A DNA stretch of 63,272 nucleotides, counting the filler, from Octopus bimaculoides (Eukaryota): NCBI RefSeq assembly GCF_001194135.2. It is 7 parts of 6 records of this genome, joined end to end, with 100 filler letters (N's around TTAATTAATTAA, not from the genome) between each part and the next. Parts side by side here need not be neighbours in the genome. Positions count along the whole stretch, not along the records: positions 1 to 21,671 come from NC_068983.1; 6 more parts are not named here. One strand, written 5' to 3'. Shown here one piece after another: positions 1-12,730 of this stretch (positions are counted from its first letter, which is position 1; every line of letters begins with the position of its first letter). Position numbers and translations under genes: made by a program. Below the pieces are notes generated by a model. It saw only the letters and a program-made list of their open reading frames with translations, ran no database searches and was not told the DNA's origin.

Positions 1-140
1 GTGTGTGTAAACGTAATGATGATATACACATACAATCTATAAGGCACCTATGCATACACATGCATATGGCAGACTGCCACTCAGTTTCCATCAACAAATT
101 TTCATAACAAGGAATTGATGAACTTCAGTTTATAATAGAA

Positions 141-451
141 CAGTGCTACTCAAAGTGGTGGTTCACAGACCGGTGCCAGTCCGCGAGCCATCAGCTGCCA
201 ATACGCAGTGAGTTTTCAGAAAAGAAAGAAACATTATAAAATGCTTATAAAATGCTTATGTAATATTGTTTTATTTGATTACAAAATAAATATAAGATAA
301 AAAAATTGTCAACTTTTATTATATTCATTATATATTTCTATATATATATTGTTTCCGGTATAAATTAATATTACTAATACATATTATCGGTCCCTGGCAC
401 ATTGAAAACAAAAACTGCCGGTATTCCACATCATTAGTTTGAGAAGCACTG
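141..451. mobile_element. hAT (Charlie-like) non-autonomous MITE
   Basis: 14-bp TIRs CAGTGCTACTCAAA / TTTGAGAAGCACTG (1 mismatch); 8-bp TSD taatagaa (133-140) / taacagaa (452-459); no ORF. Confidence 0.8.
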
Positions 452-732
452 TAACAGAAAACACTTATGCAAGGTAGTCAAGCATTGGAATCAAATCTGA
501 ACTCACACAGCTATGAAGAGAGCTTCTTAAGCTCAGAAGTAATGTGAATTTAAGGAAAATACATATTCTTAGTCTGTAATACTTGGTTTGCAAGAAGCCT
601 ACTTCAATATTCAGCTTCAAAATAGAGTCACCTATTGTTGTGGCCTGATTTGCCATTGGATGTAGACTCTGGTTCTGATTCCATATATGTGATGGCTAGT
701 ATTTAACTGCCTATCCCTCATTTAATCGAACG

Positions 733-1090
733 TTTTGTGTAACTGGCACCTGTGCTGATGGCACATAAAATGCACCCTTCAAACTTTGGGCCTCACAGAG
801 GCAGTGACATGTGACCAAGACCTTTGGCAACATACCATGCCTGAGAAGACCTGTCAAGCCAAGTGAGATCATAGTCATGGCCAATGCCAGTGTTTCAAAG
901 TGGCACGTAAAAAGCACCCACTACACTCTTGGAGTGGTTGGTATTAGGAAGGGCATCCAGCTGTAGAAACCATGCCAAATCAGATTGGAACCTAGTGCAG
1001 CTCTCCAACTTATCAGTTTTCAGTCAATCCATCCAATCCATGCCAGCATGGAAAACAGACGTTAAATGATGACGATGATGATGATGATAA
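733..1090 (+). mobile_element. RTE-type LINE 3' end fragment
   Basis: Same sequence as the 3' end of the RTE copy at 18857-19740 (GGCACGTAAAAAGCACCCACTACACTC...GGAAGGGCATCCAGCTGTAGAAAC), ending in a (GAT)n tail. Confidence 0.75.
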
Positions 1091-3847
1091 GTCAACAGGC
1101 AAACCTCTATGCAGCTGATCAGTGTATAAAAAGCAATAACCAAATCTCCATTCAACCACATCTCATCAAACGCCATGACTAAACTATTTTCTTCCGTTAT
1201 AAACTGAACACTTCATATCTACATCAGACATTATTCAAGCCAAGGTGCTTCTATGTGGCCACTTGATCTGTTAGAAACAGTAGCCAAAGCTCTGTCAAAC
1301 CTTGATATTTAAAAAAAAAATAATGAAGACCACATTGGATAAATTTAGTCCAAGAGAGACCATACCTGGAAAAAAGACAGGATAGTTGATCAGAGATGGA
1401 TTGCTTTTGATCATAGCTCTGCCCAATCAGAGTTGACTTTGAATTAAACAACAGCAACTACATGCTATCTTCATACATTCATTACTAGCAGGACATATTT
1501 CTTGGCTATGAGAGTGTTATCTCACTCGGTGAGCTTCTATGAGAATTGTGCTGATTAAGAACGCCAAATATCCAATGAAATAATACAAACCATCAATTAA
1601 CCCAGCATTATCAACTTAGCCATCAGCGTACTTCTTTCATATGTCCCATTATACAAGTAAATACATGTTACAGTTGACAAGCAATGCAAAGTTAGAGAGC
1701 AACAACCACGACTGGCACTTAGTTAACTATTTAGAAACCTATTTGCATATTAATTCACTACCATGGAAACAGCTCAAAGGAACATTAAAACTATGTCACT
1801 AAATAGATCAATAAAGATGAGTAATGATAATGGCCTCCCAAATGGAAGAATGGGCATTAAGAAAAGTAGCCCAACAGAAAGACTCTAGAGGAAATGTTTA
1901 TTGACAAGCTTATTACAGAACCTAATTAGTAATGTTGACAAGCAATAATCATGACTGGTTGCTGTAGCAGTTACTGATTGAACAAACTTATATTCAAAGG
2001 TCTTCCAGTTGTGACCATCCTGTCTGTTTTGTATATCAGAGGCTGTGTTATTCCAATGTGTTTTTTTACCGTTTTGTCAGGCAGTAAGATATCATTTGAG
2101 GAAGACTTTGCTATTATATCTAGGAAATCATTGTGCTAAGTAAAATTTTAACCAACCTTGTTGACTAAAACGGTGTCTGGTATAGAAATAAAGTATTCAT
2201 TTCATAAGAGAAAAGTGAAATTATGGTGACCATACCTTTACTATGGTACATAAAAAGCAACATAAATGAAAGCAGCTTTAACACTTCAGTACCTGCCACA
2301 GACAAGTTTTTTTCTTTATTAATAATAGTGTTGGAGGCGGATGAAGTAAAACAATAGTGGCTACAGCTATTGAATACATTTCAACAGCTGATAGTTACCA
2401 TCAAAAGTGTTTACTTTCCTGTGTAATCAAACAAAATAAAAAGCAAAAGATATTTAAAAAGTGCACTGTTCTATGGCAGTAAAACATGCACTGTAAATAT
2501 AGACACATAGAAGCAAATGAAAAGAAGTGAATTGAATATGTGCATATTAGTCAGTTACCAGCACATTCCAAATTCAGACTCACAGACATGCTGTCTCCTC
2601 TCTGTGATACAGTGCTCTCTGTTCCTAAAAATGGGCTGGTTCTGTGACAATTCTACCCAGACACAACTGACTCACTCCACTCTTCTCTTCTCATCATCCC
2701 ATACTCTATCCACCGACTACCTCCCAACTCAGGCCCTGCACTAACACTATTCCCAATTTGTTTTTCCCCCAAGAACTCACTACTCTGAAACTCCCTCCCT
2801 GCCTATGTTTTTCCTGCAGTTGTTCAAGAACATAAAGTGCATCAATCTCACTCATTTCAGAAGGCAGTGGCAGCAGCATCACCATTGCCAGTCATCATCC
2901 TCATCACTATCATCATTTAACGTCTAATTGGCCATGCTTGCAAGGATTAGACAGAATTTGTTGTGGTAGATTTTCTACAGACAGAGGTCCTTCCTGTCAC
3001 CAACTATCTTCTGTTTCCAGGCAAGGTATTTCCCCACAGCCAAATATTTTTATGAAAGATTGAGAATAAACAGCATCACTTGTATGACAGCAATGCTCAT
3101 TTACAACCATGTCAAAATAAAGGTACACTCAAACATAGAGATAACTGAAATATATATAACAGGGCTCTTTCAGTTCCCATTCATTCACATGGTTTTACCA
3201 AATTCATTCACATGGTTTTTGTCAACCTGGAGCTGTCACTTGTCCAAGGTGCCATACAGTGGGAATGAACATGAAAAAGTAAGCTTCTTAACCACACAGC
3301 CACGTATGTGCCTATCATGAAACAGGAAGGTATGCTAAGTGCATGGTGGTTCAGAAAATAATTGAATATCGAATACATTGGAAGATTAATAACATTTGGA
3401 AGGAGTACTTAGCTTGGTCTGGAGGAAAGAATTGTATCCATGACGTTTCATAGACTCTCCAAGATCAGTGGGATGGATGAAATTAATGTTCCTACTGAAC
3501 AAGAGTAAGTCAACAGTTGCAAGAAGGAAATCCAGAGACTTCTGGTATTTGGAGGAAGAAGTATCTGTCATGTTAATATGACATATATTGTGTACAATAG
3601 TTAGTTTCAATTGGCAGTGAAAGGCAGCCTAGGTCCAATGTAACTATTATCAGGTGAAATAAACATCAGAGATGTTCTGCCCATGCAGAAACTGCAGGAA
3701 CTACTCAGAGATATAGCGAGCTCCTCTACTAAATCCATCAAAATGTCAGAAACCATTCCATGTCATCAGCAGGTATCTCAAGGTCATGGATCAAGACAAT
3801 GTTACAACAACATAGTATCATTGTGATAACAATATTACAACAATGAC

Positions 3848-4068
3848 AAGGCGGTGAGCTGGCAGAAACATTAGCACACCAGGTGAAATGCTTAGTGGTA
3901 TTTCGTCTGTCTTTACATTCTGAGTTCAAAATCTACCGAAGTCAACTTTGCATTTCATCCTTTCGGGGTCAATAAATTAAGTACCAGTTGTGTACTGGGG
4001 CTGATCTAATCGACTGCACTCCCTACTCCCCAAAAATTTCAGGCCTTGTGCCTCGAGTAGAAAAGAAT
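3848..4068 (+). mobile_element. tRNA-derived SINE, family B (central GCCTTTCATCCTTTCGGGGTCGATAAATTAAGTACCAG domain)
   Basis: Many homologous copies in the window (e.g. 26810-27010, 27480-27660, 38190-38370, 44000-44180, 48310-48900, 50520-50935, 51390-52340). The central domain resembles, from memory, the Meta-SINE domain. This copy is CpG-decayed. Confidence 0.75.
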
Positions 4069-4158
4069 ATTACAACAATGACAATGTTAACAACAATAAT
4101 GACAACACTTATAATGATATTATGAACATCATTATGAGACTAAGTCAACACAACTCAC

Positions 4159-4281
4159 AGTGATACTTTTGCCGGCTGGACACGATGTCCACTTGGTGTC
4201 TCTAACACGAATGTCAATTTTGTGCCTTCCACGACATCGATATTCATAACACATACCTTTCATTTCATACGCTGATGAAAT
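4159..4281 (-). CDS. CIROP: CIROP/LMLN2-like leishmanolysin (M8) peptidase, resolved exon 10 of 10: ISSAYEMKGMCYEYRCRGRHKIDIRVRDTKWTSCPAGKSIT
   Basis: ttttcag acceptor, GTGAGT donor, phase 0/0, 123 bp; G-x-CY-x3-C and W-x2-C-x2-G pattern of the M8 C-terminal domain. Confidence 0.9.
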
Positions 4282-4395
4282 CTGAAAAATAAAAAAATTT
4301 AAAAAATTAAATACATAATTTGTTCTTTCCATAGCACTGGAACATCAACAAAGTTTATCTCATTTGATTAGATGGTGCTGTGACAAGAAAATATA

Positions 4396-6116
4396 CGAAG
4401 GAGAGTCAAAAATTATATGCATTCTTGTTTTCTCGATGTATTTACACAAAAGCAGGGGATAAACAAATACATCATTTTTCTATATAGTCTTGTAGTGACA
4501 CCTATAGCAGACGACTGTTATATGTTCAATGTCCGGAGTTTTATCCACGCATGCGCAGGGACTAGTTCCGGAAGGAATACAGGAAGAGTCTCATGCGCAT
4601 GCGTAGAGTTCAACACCCAGCTTTGGCGCCTTTTCTCACTCTCTTTGTTCGCTGATCTCCGTTGAGCCTAGACGTCCCACCGAGCTCTCTCCAACATTCC
4701 AGCACTAGAGCTACACAAATAACCACAAACTTCATTGACGGCGTCTCAGTAACCAAAGGCGACGAGCTACCGAATTCCCTCCAAGCGTGAGCCGAATTCC
4801 ACTGTAAATAAATATTGTTGTGTTGTCCAGAATCTGCGTTCCGTTGTTTCTTCAAGAAATTTAATGTACGGAAGCGGAGTACACCTAATGGTGTATAACC
4901 ACTTTCCTACANNNNNNNNNNNNNNNNNNNNNNNNNNNNNNNNNNNNNNNNNNNNNNNNNNNNNNNNNNNNNNNNNNNNNNNNNNNNNNNNNNNNNNNNN
5001 NNNNNNNNNNNNNNNNNNNNNNNNNNNNNNNCTAAAGATATGATAATCGGAAGAGATGAGATCTGGGCAGTAGGCAGGGTGTTCCAGCACCTCAAAATAC
5101 CAATTGGTTAATGGTTTCAACAGTCTGAGTAGCTGTGTGTAGCATGCATTGTCATACAAGAAAACTTTCTTTAACAATAGGCTTCAGCGTTTGGTGTGAA
5201 TTACTGGTTTCAGTTTGTTGGCCAGCAAAGCACTGTATCTTGCACTGTTGATCATACACCCCTTTTCCAGGTAGTCTTCCAGTATAGGCCCTTCTGAGTC
5301 CCAAAAAAGAGTTAGCATCACCTTTCCCACTGAGTCTTGAATTTCTTCATCACTGGCAAGCCAGGATGTTTCCACTCTATACTCTGTCTTTTGGATTCTG
5401 TCACATAATAATGGACCAACATTTCATCTGTGATTATTCTGTTCAAAAATTCCTCGCTCTCATTGTTGTAACAATCAAGTAAATGTTGGCAGACCTCAAG
5501 ATGTTTGCGCTTGTGCTCTGCAGTAAGCTCTCTTGGCACCCATCTTGCACAGGTTTTATGGAAACCGAGCTCATCGTGGATGATTCAATAGGCAGTACAA
5601 TGAATAATCTGCAAAGAATGAGCTACCTCATCAATGATAACTCACCAGTTCACCATTACCATCTCTCGAGCTTGCTTAATCTTCTTATCAGTGGTGGATG
5701 TTGACACACATCCTACTCCCTCTTCATGCATCACACTTGTCTGGCCACTTTTAAACTTCTCAATCCGCTCATACACACTTCTATGCAGTAGTGCACTGTT
5801 CCTGTATGGTGCTAAAAGCCTTCAATGAATTTCAGCACCTGACACACCTTCATACCAAAGAAATCAGATCACTGCTCTTTGTTCTCATTTGGTGCACATT
5901 GCTAGTGAAGCAGCTAGCGGAGCGGCCATGCTTACACTGTATAGCCAGAATGTAAGATGGCATGATCAGGCTCAAACTTCAATCACATGATCACAATAGT
6001 ATTAATAGTATTAACTATAAGCATGCATGCGCAGAAGGCAGTGTGACAATAATAAAGATATGTTATGGCGAATAATTTTGTGAATAATAGCATGAATAAT
6101 TTTTGACTTCCCTTCA
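4396..6116 (-). mobile_element. Decayed mariner (DD34D-type) transposon interrupted by a solo LTR
   Basis: TIRs CGAAGGAGAGTCAAAAATTAT / ATAATTTTTGACTTCCCTTCA flanked by TA. Frameshifted transposase with VPREL, WDSEGPILEDYL, LEHPAYCPDLISSDYHIF, and C-terminal DYIEK* at about 4472-4489. Length without the LTR is about 1300 bp. Confidence 0.9.
4491..4911 (+). mobile_element. Solo LTR (421 bp)
   Basis: Starts TGTAG and ends CTACA (5-bp terminal inverted repeat, TG...CA); AATAAA at 4807-4812; CpG-rich in a CpG-poor block; splits the mariner coding sequence. The right TSD lies in the N gap. Confidence 0.75.
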
Positions 6117-7818
6117 TATTAACTTGTTTGAGATACCAAGCTACCTAAGACTGCTCCTAGTCCTATAATACAAAAGTGACTGTTATAAAATATTTGTCAT
6201 CATCATCTTTTAAGGCCCACTTTACTATGCTTGCATGGATCAGACAGAAGTCATTGAGGCAGGTTTTCTATGGATGGATGCACTTCCTGTCACCAACTCT
6301 CACCTGTTTCCAAGTAAGGTAATATTCTGCTTTGGCTGGAATGTTTTCATAGAAGATTGGAAATGAACAGCACCACTTATATGACAGTGATGCATACACT
6401 CGACCATCACATGACGTCAGAACAAGGAGACACACACACACACATACAAGCACATATCTACAACAGGATTTTTTCAGTTTCCATCTACCAAATCCACTCA
6501 CAAGGCTTTGGTCAGCCCATAGTATTGGTAGAAGATAACTGCCCAAGGTGCCACATAGTAGGACTGAACATGAGACCATATGGTTGGGAAGCAAACTGCT
6601 AAACCACACATCCAGGCCTATGCCTATTTTTAAATTAAAACCATCCACAATAATCTTTGGGAAGAATATTCTTTAAATTTATATTTCAAACACCTGCTTG
6701 ATATAAACCAATAAATGAAAATATTAGCTATTTTCCTCACTGCAAATTATAATTTCAAAATTAAGATACAGGCAGTATATATTTCAATAGAAATATAGTT
6801 ACAAAAGTGTTAAGTCCATCCAGCTCTTTCTTTCTTGTATACTTTCAGGTGACTTCAAATAATACTGCAGTCATAATGTCAATTCATCATTGGTCAAATA
6901 ACCATTCAAACTCTGTTGCCTTGATGTTGTTTAACCCTAAGTCAAAGGCATTCCACTTATCACCATCTCAGTCATTATATATCAAACATTGAACTACTTT
7001 TAGCTGCTATTTCTAGCAGATCTAATATCCAGTCATTATACCTTATATATAATTCCTGTATATAAGCAAACTGAGTAATGCATGCTGCTTAGAAATTATA
7101 TTTTTCAAGGCACTTTAAACTCAGAGTCAGTCATGTTGTGAGCCCTTGTAACCCTTAAAAATCATAAGAGGGTCAGTAAAGACTTTGTAAAGTCTCATGC
7201 AGTTTACATGTAGACAAAATCAATTTGGTAAAACCTATTACTCTCCAACCTGTATTGATGGAAGGAATTTATCTCAGTACTTCAAGTTTACAAATCACTC
7301 ATCAACTTGACCATGCTATCACTGCTTACAGCAATGAGTTGTTCGACCTTTTAGTACCTTTATACCAAGGTGGACTATGCCATTTTAGAAATAAATATAT
7401 TAGTTATGCCTATTATAATGAATAACAGGAGAAAAAGCACTTAGTTTGGAACCCTATGAAGCCAGCTAGAACTTGGGTTCTCACAAGACATTATACATTC
7501 CTTATATAAAAATGAAGGAGACTACATGGTCCTTCAACCAGTTAGATATATCAGTCAAACACATCTTTCATTTTCCAGGGAAAGGATACATTAAATAACC
7601 TAGTCCAGAACACACTATACTTGAACAAAAAGGTGAGTTGTTCATGGCTGGATGTCTTTGATTACAGGTCCCCAAAATCAGGGTTGACAACAACCCTAGA
7701 TTGTAGATTCCTAGCTCAGGGTTAAATGACAACAATTTCAAATCTTTTTGCTTTCTGTCATTCAGCATATGAGGTAAATAAACAGAAAAATGGATACAGA
7801 AACTTAGAATTTACATAC

Positions 7819-7914
7819 GTCAGAGGTGAGATTAGAGTAAAAGCATCGACTTCTATGTGAAAATATTTCTCCATAGGCCTTCAGTGATGTTTTGTCTGAT
7901 ATGGAACAGCGGTT
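7819..7914 (-). CDS. CIROP: CIROP-like exon 9: NRCSISDKTSLKAYGEIFSHRSRCFYSNLTSD
   Basis: acag acceptor, GTATGT donor, phase 0/0, 96 bp; GEIF..RSRCF.SNLT motif. Confidence 0.92.
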
Positions 7915-9664
7915 CTGTTTTTAAAAAAAAGTAAACAGTTACATACAGTAGTTATTTCTGAAACAGATTTTAATAGTTCAACAAGCATTAAAATTTTAAT
8001 AAGTGTTAAAAGTTTGTTTACAAATAAATACCAAACCTAACAAAAATATCAAGAAATGAAAATAATGATAGGATGAGCATAAGAATATAAAGAAATAAAC
8101 AAAAAAAAAAGAATTATATAATCATTTGCTTTATACACACAATTTCAGAAATATTTTACAAGTTAGTTCAAAAGGTCCTTTTGCATTTTAGACATATGAC
8201 CCTGTGGTAAACGTTAGATTCACAATCTTTGGGCTAGGGAATCAATTCTTGGGCCAGGCAACACAGTATGTCCTTGAGCAAAGCACTTTACTTCATATTG
8301 CTTTAGTCCACTCAACTGAAAATAAATAGCAGCACCAGCAGCAGCTGGAGTGGGGTTAAGACAATGAAAGACTGGGGTCCCATTCAGAAGAGGGTCTCAT
8401 ACACTCAGTCACTTTAAGGCCATGAAAATCAGGATAAGCTCCAATGTAATGGACCTTTAAACTCAAAGACAGACTTTAAATGCTAAAGGACTTCTGACTC
8501 ACAGAAAGAGGTGTATCTAACTAACATTTGCTTTCCTTGTTGGCATGGACTGATAAGAGTTGTGATCAGAGCCAGTTCCATTTTCAGTTTACTACCCCCC
8601 TAAATGAGTCAGAAACCACATCATACATCCAATTTTTAGTATAGTCTCTGTGGTTAAATAACCTTCCTGTCACCAACTACTTTATAGAGTGTATTTGGTG
8701 CATTCTCTTGTGGCACCTGGACTAGAATGGTTTGTCTCCCCCCGCCCCAGTAATTGTCCTTACTCTTCACTGTCTTGTCTCCACCCTACATTGCTCAGTC
8801 CCATTCTTCCTGCAGTATTTAGTCCCCTCTACATTATTCACACTTATATTCTTCACACTAGAAGGAATGAAATGATAAATCAATTCTAATAGGATTTCAA
8901 CTCAAAAACATTTGATGGAACTATGTTTTGATAATACATTTAATCCAGTGCCTTACACACATTTTGTATTATCTGATGATGTAAGAAAAACAAGTTAGTT
9001 CTAAATTATAAAGCTAGGGTAGGTGTGCTGAAAGTGTGTGTGTTATTTATTGCATCTTTTCATACTTTGTATCTATATGAAAGGTGAAGCACACATTCAG
9101 TTTCACATTACAAATAACTGAAATATATAAACAGTTCCATATTTTCATTGATGCTCTTACACTTTTCTGTCTGTTCATGTAGACAGCTTCATATTAATAC
9201 ACACTATAATGTATGTACATAGAAATTCTCACTAATATACACTTCCCTGTATTTAAATACATAGTTTCACATCAATACACATTTCATGCTTATGTGTATA
9301 CAATTTCACATAAATACATACATACATGTCTATGTGTATATTATCACCAGCATCATTGTCAGTACTTTACGTCCACTTTTCCATGCTGGCATATGTTGGA
9401 TGGTTTTTCTGAGGCAGTGTTTTATAAGTGGATGCCCTTCCTGTCACCTACCCTATTATACAAGTCTTACAACATAAAGAGATTTGCTGTACCTATTCTA
9501 AAATCAAGATATGCATGGTCTAGTTTCACATTAATAAACACTTCCATGTATGTGTGTATACATACAGTCTCAAACTAATACACATGAATGAATCAAAAAG
9601 AAATGAACAAAAAGCAAAATAATGGAAAATTTTTTGCAAAATAAGGAAGAAAACAAGATCCTAC

Positions 9665-9758
9665 CTCTGCTTTACTTTGGAATATTCCGCATGGCTCCAG
9701 GAAGATTCCACTTTGGCATGTAGCTTTATCTTTATGCAGGAAATGGCATCCTTCTTCA
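9665..9758 (-). CDS. CIROP: CIROP-like exon 8: (S)EEGCHFLHKDKATCQSGIFLEPCGIFQSKAE
   Basis: ctccag acceptor, GTAGGA donor, phase 2/0, 94 bp; GCHFLHKDKATC matches the GCHYLHLDKGSC motif I recall for CIROP. Confidence 0.92.
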
Positions 9759-10542
9759 CTGGAGCAATAAAAACAACTAATTAAGTGTTGTACAGTAGGA
9801 TTTCAAGCAGGCTGTTCAGTTTATAAAGATTACAAATTTGAACAAATTTATATACTATAACGAGATGCTTGTTCTGTTTTAAGCAGAGCCCTCCTTTGGA
9901 GAAAATTCTTTAATAACTGATATTCACCAATGGAAATCACTATCGTTTATTTCTCACTCTGGTTTTTATTTGCTGGCTTCATATATATTGTCAATTATAA
10001 TAATAATACGATTTACACAAAGTAAAGAACTTCAAGGTTGCTTAAATTTTGCAGTATCTTCTACACTATATTCCTCATAGCAAGATATGTCATAGAAAGA
10101 TATATCATATATCAATTAACTTAGTATAAAAATAATTGGTTTTACTTGACTTGAGAGAACCAGGGTTGATGCAAAACAGTTACGTGGGTAGCATTAGGAA
10201 GATAAATGTGGAAATAAGAATCTTTTTCTCTGACTATTCTCCATAAATTCATCTTTCTTTCCCTCTTTACGTTTTCTTTTCCAACAACTTCCACAAACAT
10301 CGAGCTAAAGATCAAAGACATCCAGTTGTGACCATCCAATGGTTTTTAGGCACTAGAGTCTGATTTAAGGAAGATTTGGCTGTTACTTCTATACCTTTGA
10401 GCAACTATATAGAGCCTCCTTCACTGACATTTAAAAAATGTAAGGAAATCATTCTACAAGTTTGGCAGAACAACAGTATATAGTTATAAATCACTGGATA
10501 TGTGTCTTAAAACAAAAACTTAAAGAATAGGAAGGTAATCAC

Positions 10543-10609
10543 CTGCCAGAACAGAAGAACTCAGTGTCGTTTACACAGGTTTCAGCAAGACCAAACTTAC
10601 AACCTGCAC
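10543..10609 (-). CDS. CIROP: CIROP-like exon 7: (G)AGCKFGLAETCVNDTEFFCSG
   Basis: tttcag acceptor, GTGATT donor, phase 1/2, 67 bp; exactly bridges the phases of its neighbours. Confidence 0.9.
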
Positions 10610-12150
10610 CTGAAATACAGAAATATAGATCAAAATTATATCTTAGCAGAATTATGGCAAAAAAGAAAATTATGAACAAGAAGGATATATCACATGACAG
10701 TTATAGCAAAGGAATTCATGTGTACAAGTTGCTTTAGCCTAGTAATTACTCCGAAGTTGCAGTGCCAACATATCCCTAGCCAACAGAGTAGAAAAGATAA
10801 CAGACAAGGTGAGGAAGAATAAAATAGTTAATTTTAGAACGATGGTAGACAACACAGCAAAAAACATAAAACCCATAGGAAGGATCTGGAATACATGTGG
10901 TTGGTATTAGGAAGGGCATCCAGTTGTAAAGACCCTGCCAAAACAGACACAGTAGCCTGGGGTAGCCTTCTACCTAGCCAGCTCCTGTCAACCACACATG
11001 CATGCATGGAAAACAGATGTTAAATGATGATGATGATGATGATGAAGGGATCCTGCAGTGGTTTCCATAAATAAGGGTTTCAGTTGTTTGATCAATGGAA
11101 TTACCTACTCACGGTATTATAGCTGACACTTGTAACTATAATGTAATAGTCAGGCAGACTTAGCATGACACTGTGTGTGTGGACAAGACTGGGCTCTCAT
11201 ATCACAGGTAAAGTCCGTAAGAGAGGCTGCTGCATAGTTTTCATCTACTCCATTTCATTTATACAGTGTTTGACACAAGCTAATGGTATAAGACTCTTGC
11301 CCGGTATCACATGATAGGACTGAACTCAGAATCACATTACAAAGTAAAGTGAACTTCCAAACCATTTGACCATGTAATGAGAACTACACAAATGTAATTT
11401 TCAGGTTTATTGCAACAGTATTGAGGAATTTCGATCATCACACATGAGAACATCAAGGTGGATACATATGAAAATAAGGATCATGGTTCAAGGAACTAAA
11501 GTGAACATGGTTGTAGGAGTTTGGTGCAATGAATAAATTCAGAAAGGAGTTCAGCTGATTGATTACCAATTTGTCATGTAAAACTGTAACTAGAAACAAA
11601 TCCAGACAAATGGTTGTGAAGTCAATTACACAGCCATATTGTTGTTGTCATCATCATCATTTAATGTCCACTTTTCCATGCTTGCATGGATCGGATGAGA
11701 GTTTAAAGAGGAAGAATTCAACAGCCGGATGCCCTTCATCAAACCTCACCTGTTTCCAAGCAAATTAACATTTCCCCATGGCTAGATGTGTTCTCGCTTG
11801 AATGACAGTGACAATCATTTACAACTATCATGCTATGTCAAGACAAGGAAACAGACACACACACACTCACCTATACATATATACAACAGGCTTCTTTTAG
11901 TTTCTGTCTACCAAATGTACTCACAAAGCTTTAGTTAGCCTGTAGCTATAGTAAAAGAAGCTTGTCCAAGTTGTTACGCAGTAGGACTGAACCCAGAACA
12001 ATGCAGTGGGGAAGCAAACTTCTTACCACACAGCCATACCTGCAATCTTGACAATGATATTCAATAACTGGTGACGAAATACAGATAGGGAGCGGCAGAA
12101 AATGATGACACACAAAAGGATAAATGCCCAATAAAATTTAAAGTAATTAC

Positions 12151-12253
12151 CTTTTCCCCAGAGGAATTTATCTGAGGCAGCATAATTAACCTTGTACCAT
12201 CCACTGGATTCAAAAACAGCTAGAGTGATTGGATCAATAACAGTCTGGTGAGA
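12151..12253 (-). CDS. CIROP: CIROP-like exon 6: SHQTVIDPITLAVFESSGWYKVNYAASDKFLWGK
   Basis: ctctag acceptor, GTAATT donor, phase 0/1, 103 bp; DPITLA.F..SGWY.VN...LWG motif. Confidence 0.95.
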
Positions 12254-12524
12254 CTAGAGAGAAAAACAATAATATAAAAAATAAGTTAGTCAAGTTATAA
12301 AATATATAAATGTTAGTATTGAAAGTTCGTACGACTCATCAACAAATATTTGATTAGTAAAATTATTATTTGTTTCTTTTTCTTTTTAATATAATTACAT
12401 CAGTTTTTCCTTACTAGTGTAAACCCCATTAAATGAAAGACAATTCCCATCATGCTAAGTCTTTGGTACCATTTTGATATTTGGTTGAACTATTTCACTT
12501 CATTTGAATGTGTAACAAGCCAAG

Positions 12525-12730
12525 AGATTTCAAATTAATGAGGGAACTTGAGTTAAAAAGGGAATTTGAACTGATGAGAGAGCCTGAATCAATGAGAGAG
12601 CTTGAAACAATGAGGGAGTCAATGGGAAAGTTTGAGTCAATGAGAGAGTTTGAGTCAATAAGAGAGTTTGAGTCAATGAGAGAGTTTGAGTCAATGAGAG
12701 ACTTTGAGTCAATGAGGGAGAATGAGTAAA
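12525..12730. repeat. 18-bp intronic minisatellite (ATGAGAGAGTTTGAGTCA)n
   Basis: About 11 units, degenerate at the left edge and near-perfect at 12631-12715. Confidence 0.9.

Noticed and set aside
1430-1510. Minus-strand ICPASNEC, matching the CPxxxxC spacing expected in the next CIROP exon
   Set aside because: Wrong phase (2 rather than 0), lacks the preceding PGY.G motif, and the frame runs into a stop.
2180-2360. Minus frame ending in a hydrophobic stretch (possible TM/GPI terminal exon)
   Set aside because: Weak acceptor, no recognisable homology, and low-complexity T-rich sequence explains the hydrophobicity.
12508-12729. MREFES-repeat ORF
   Set aside because: Product of an 18-bp minisatellite in an intron; no splice or start context.
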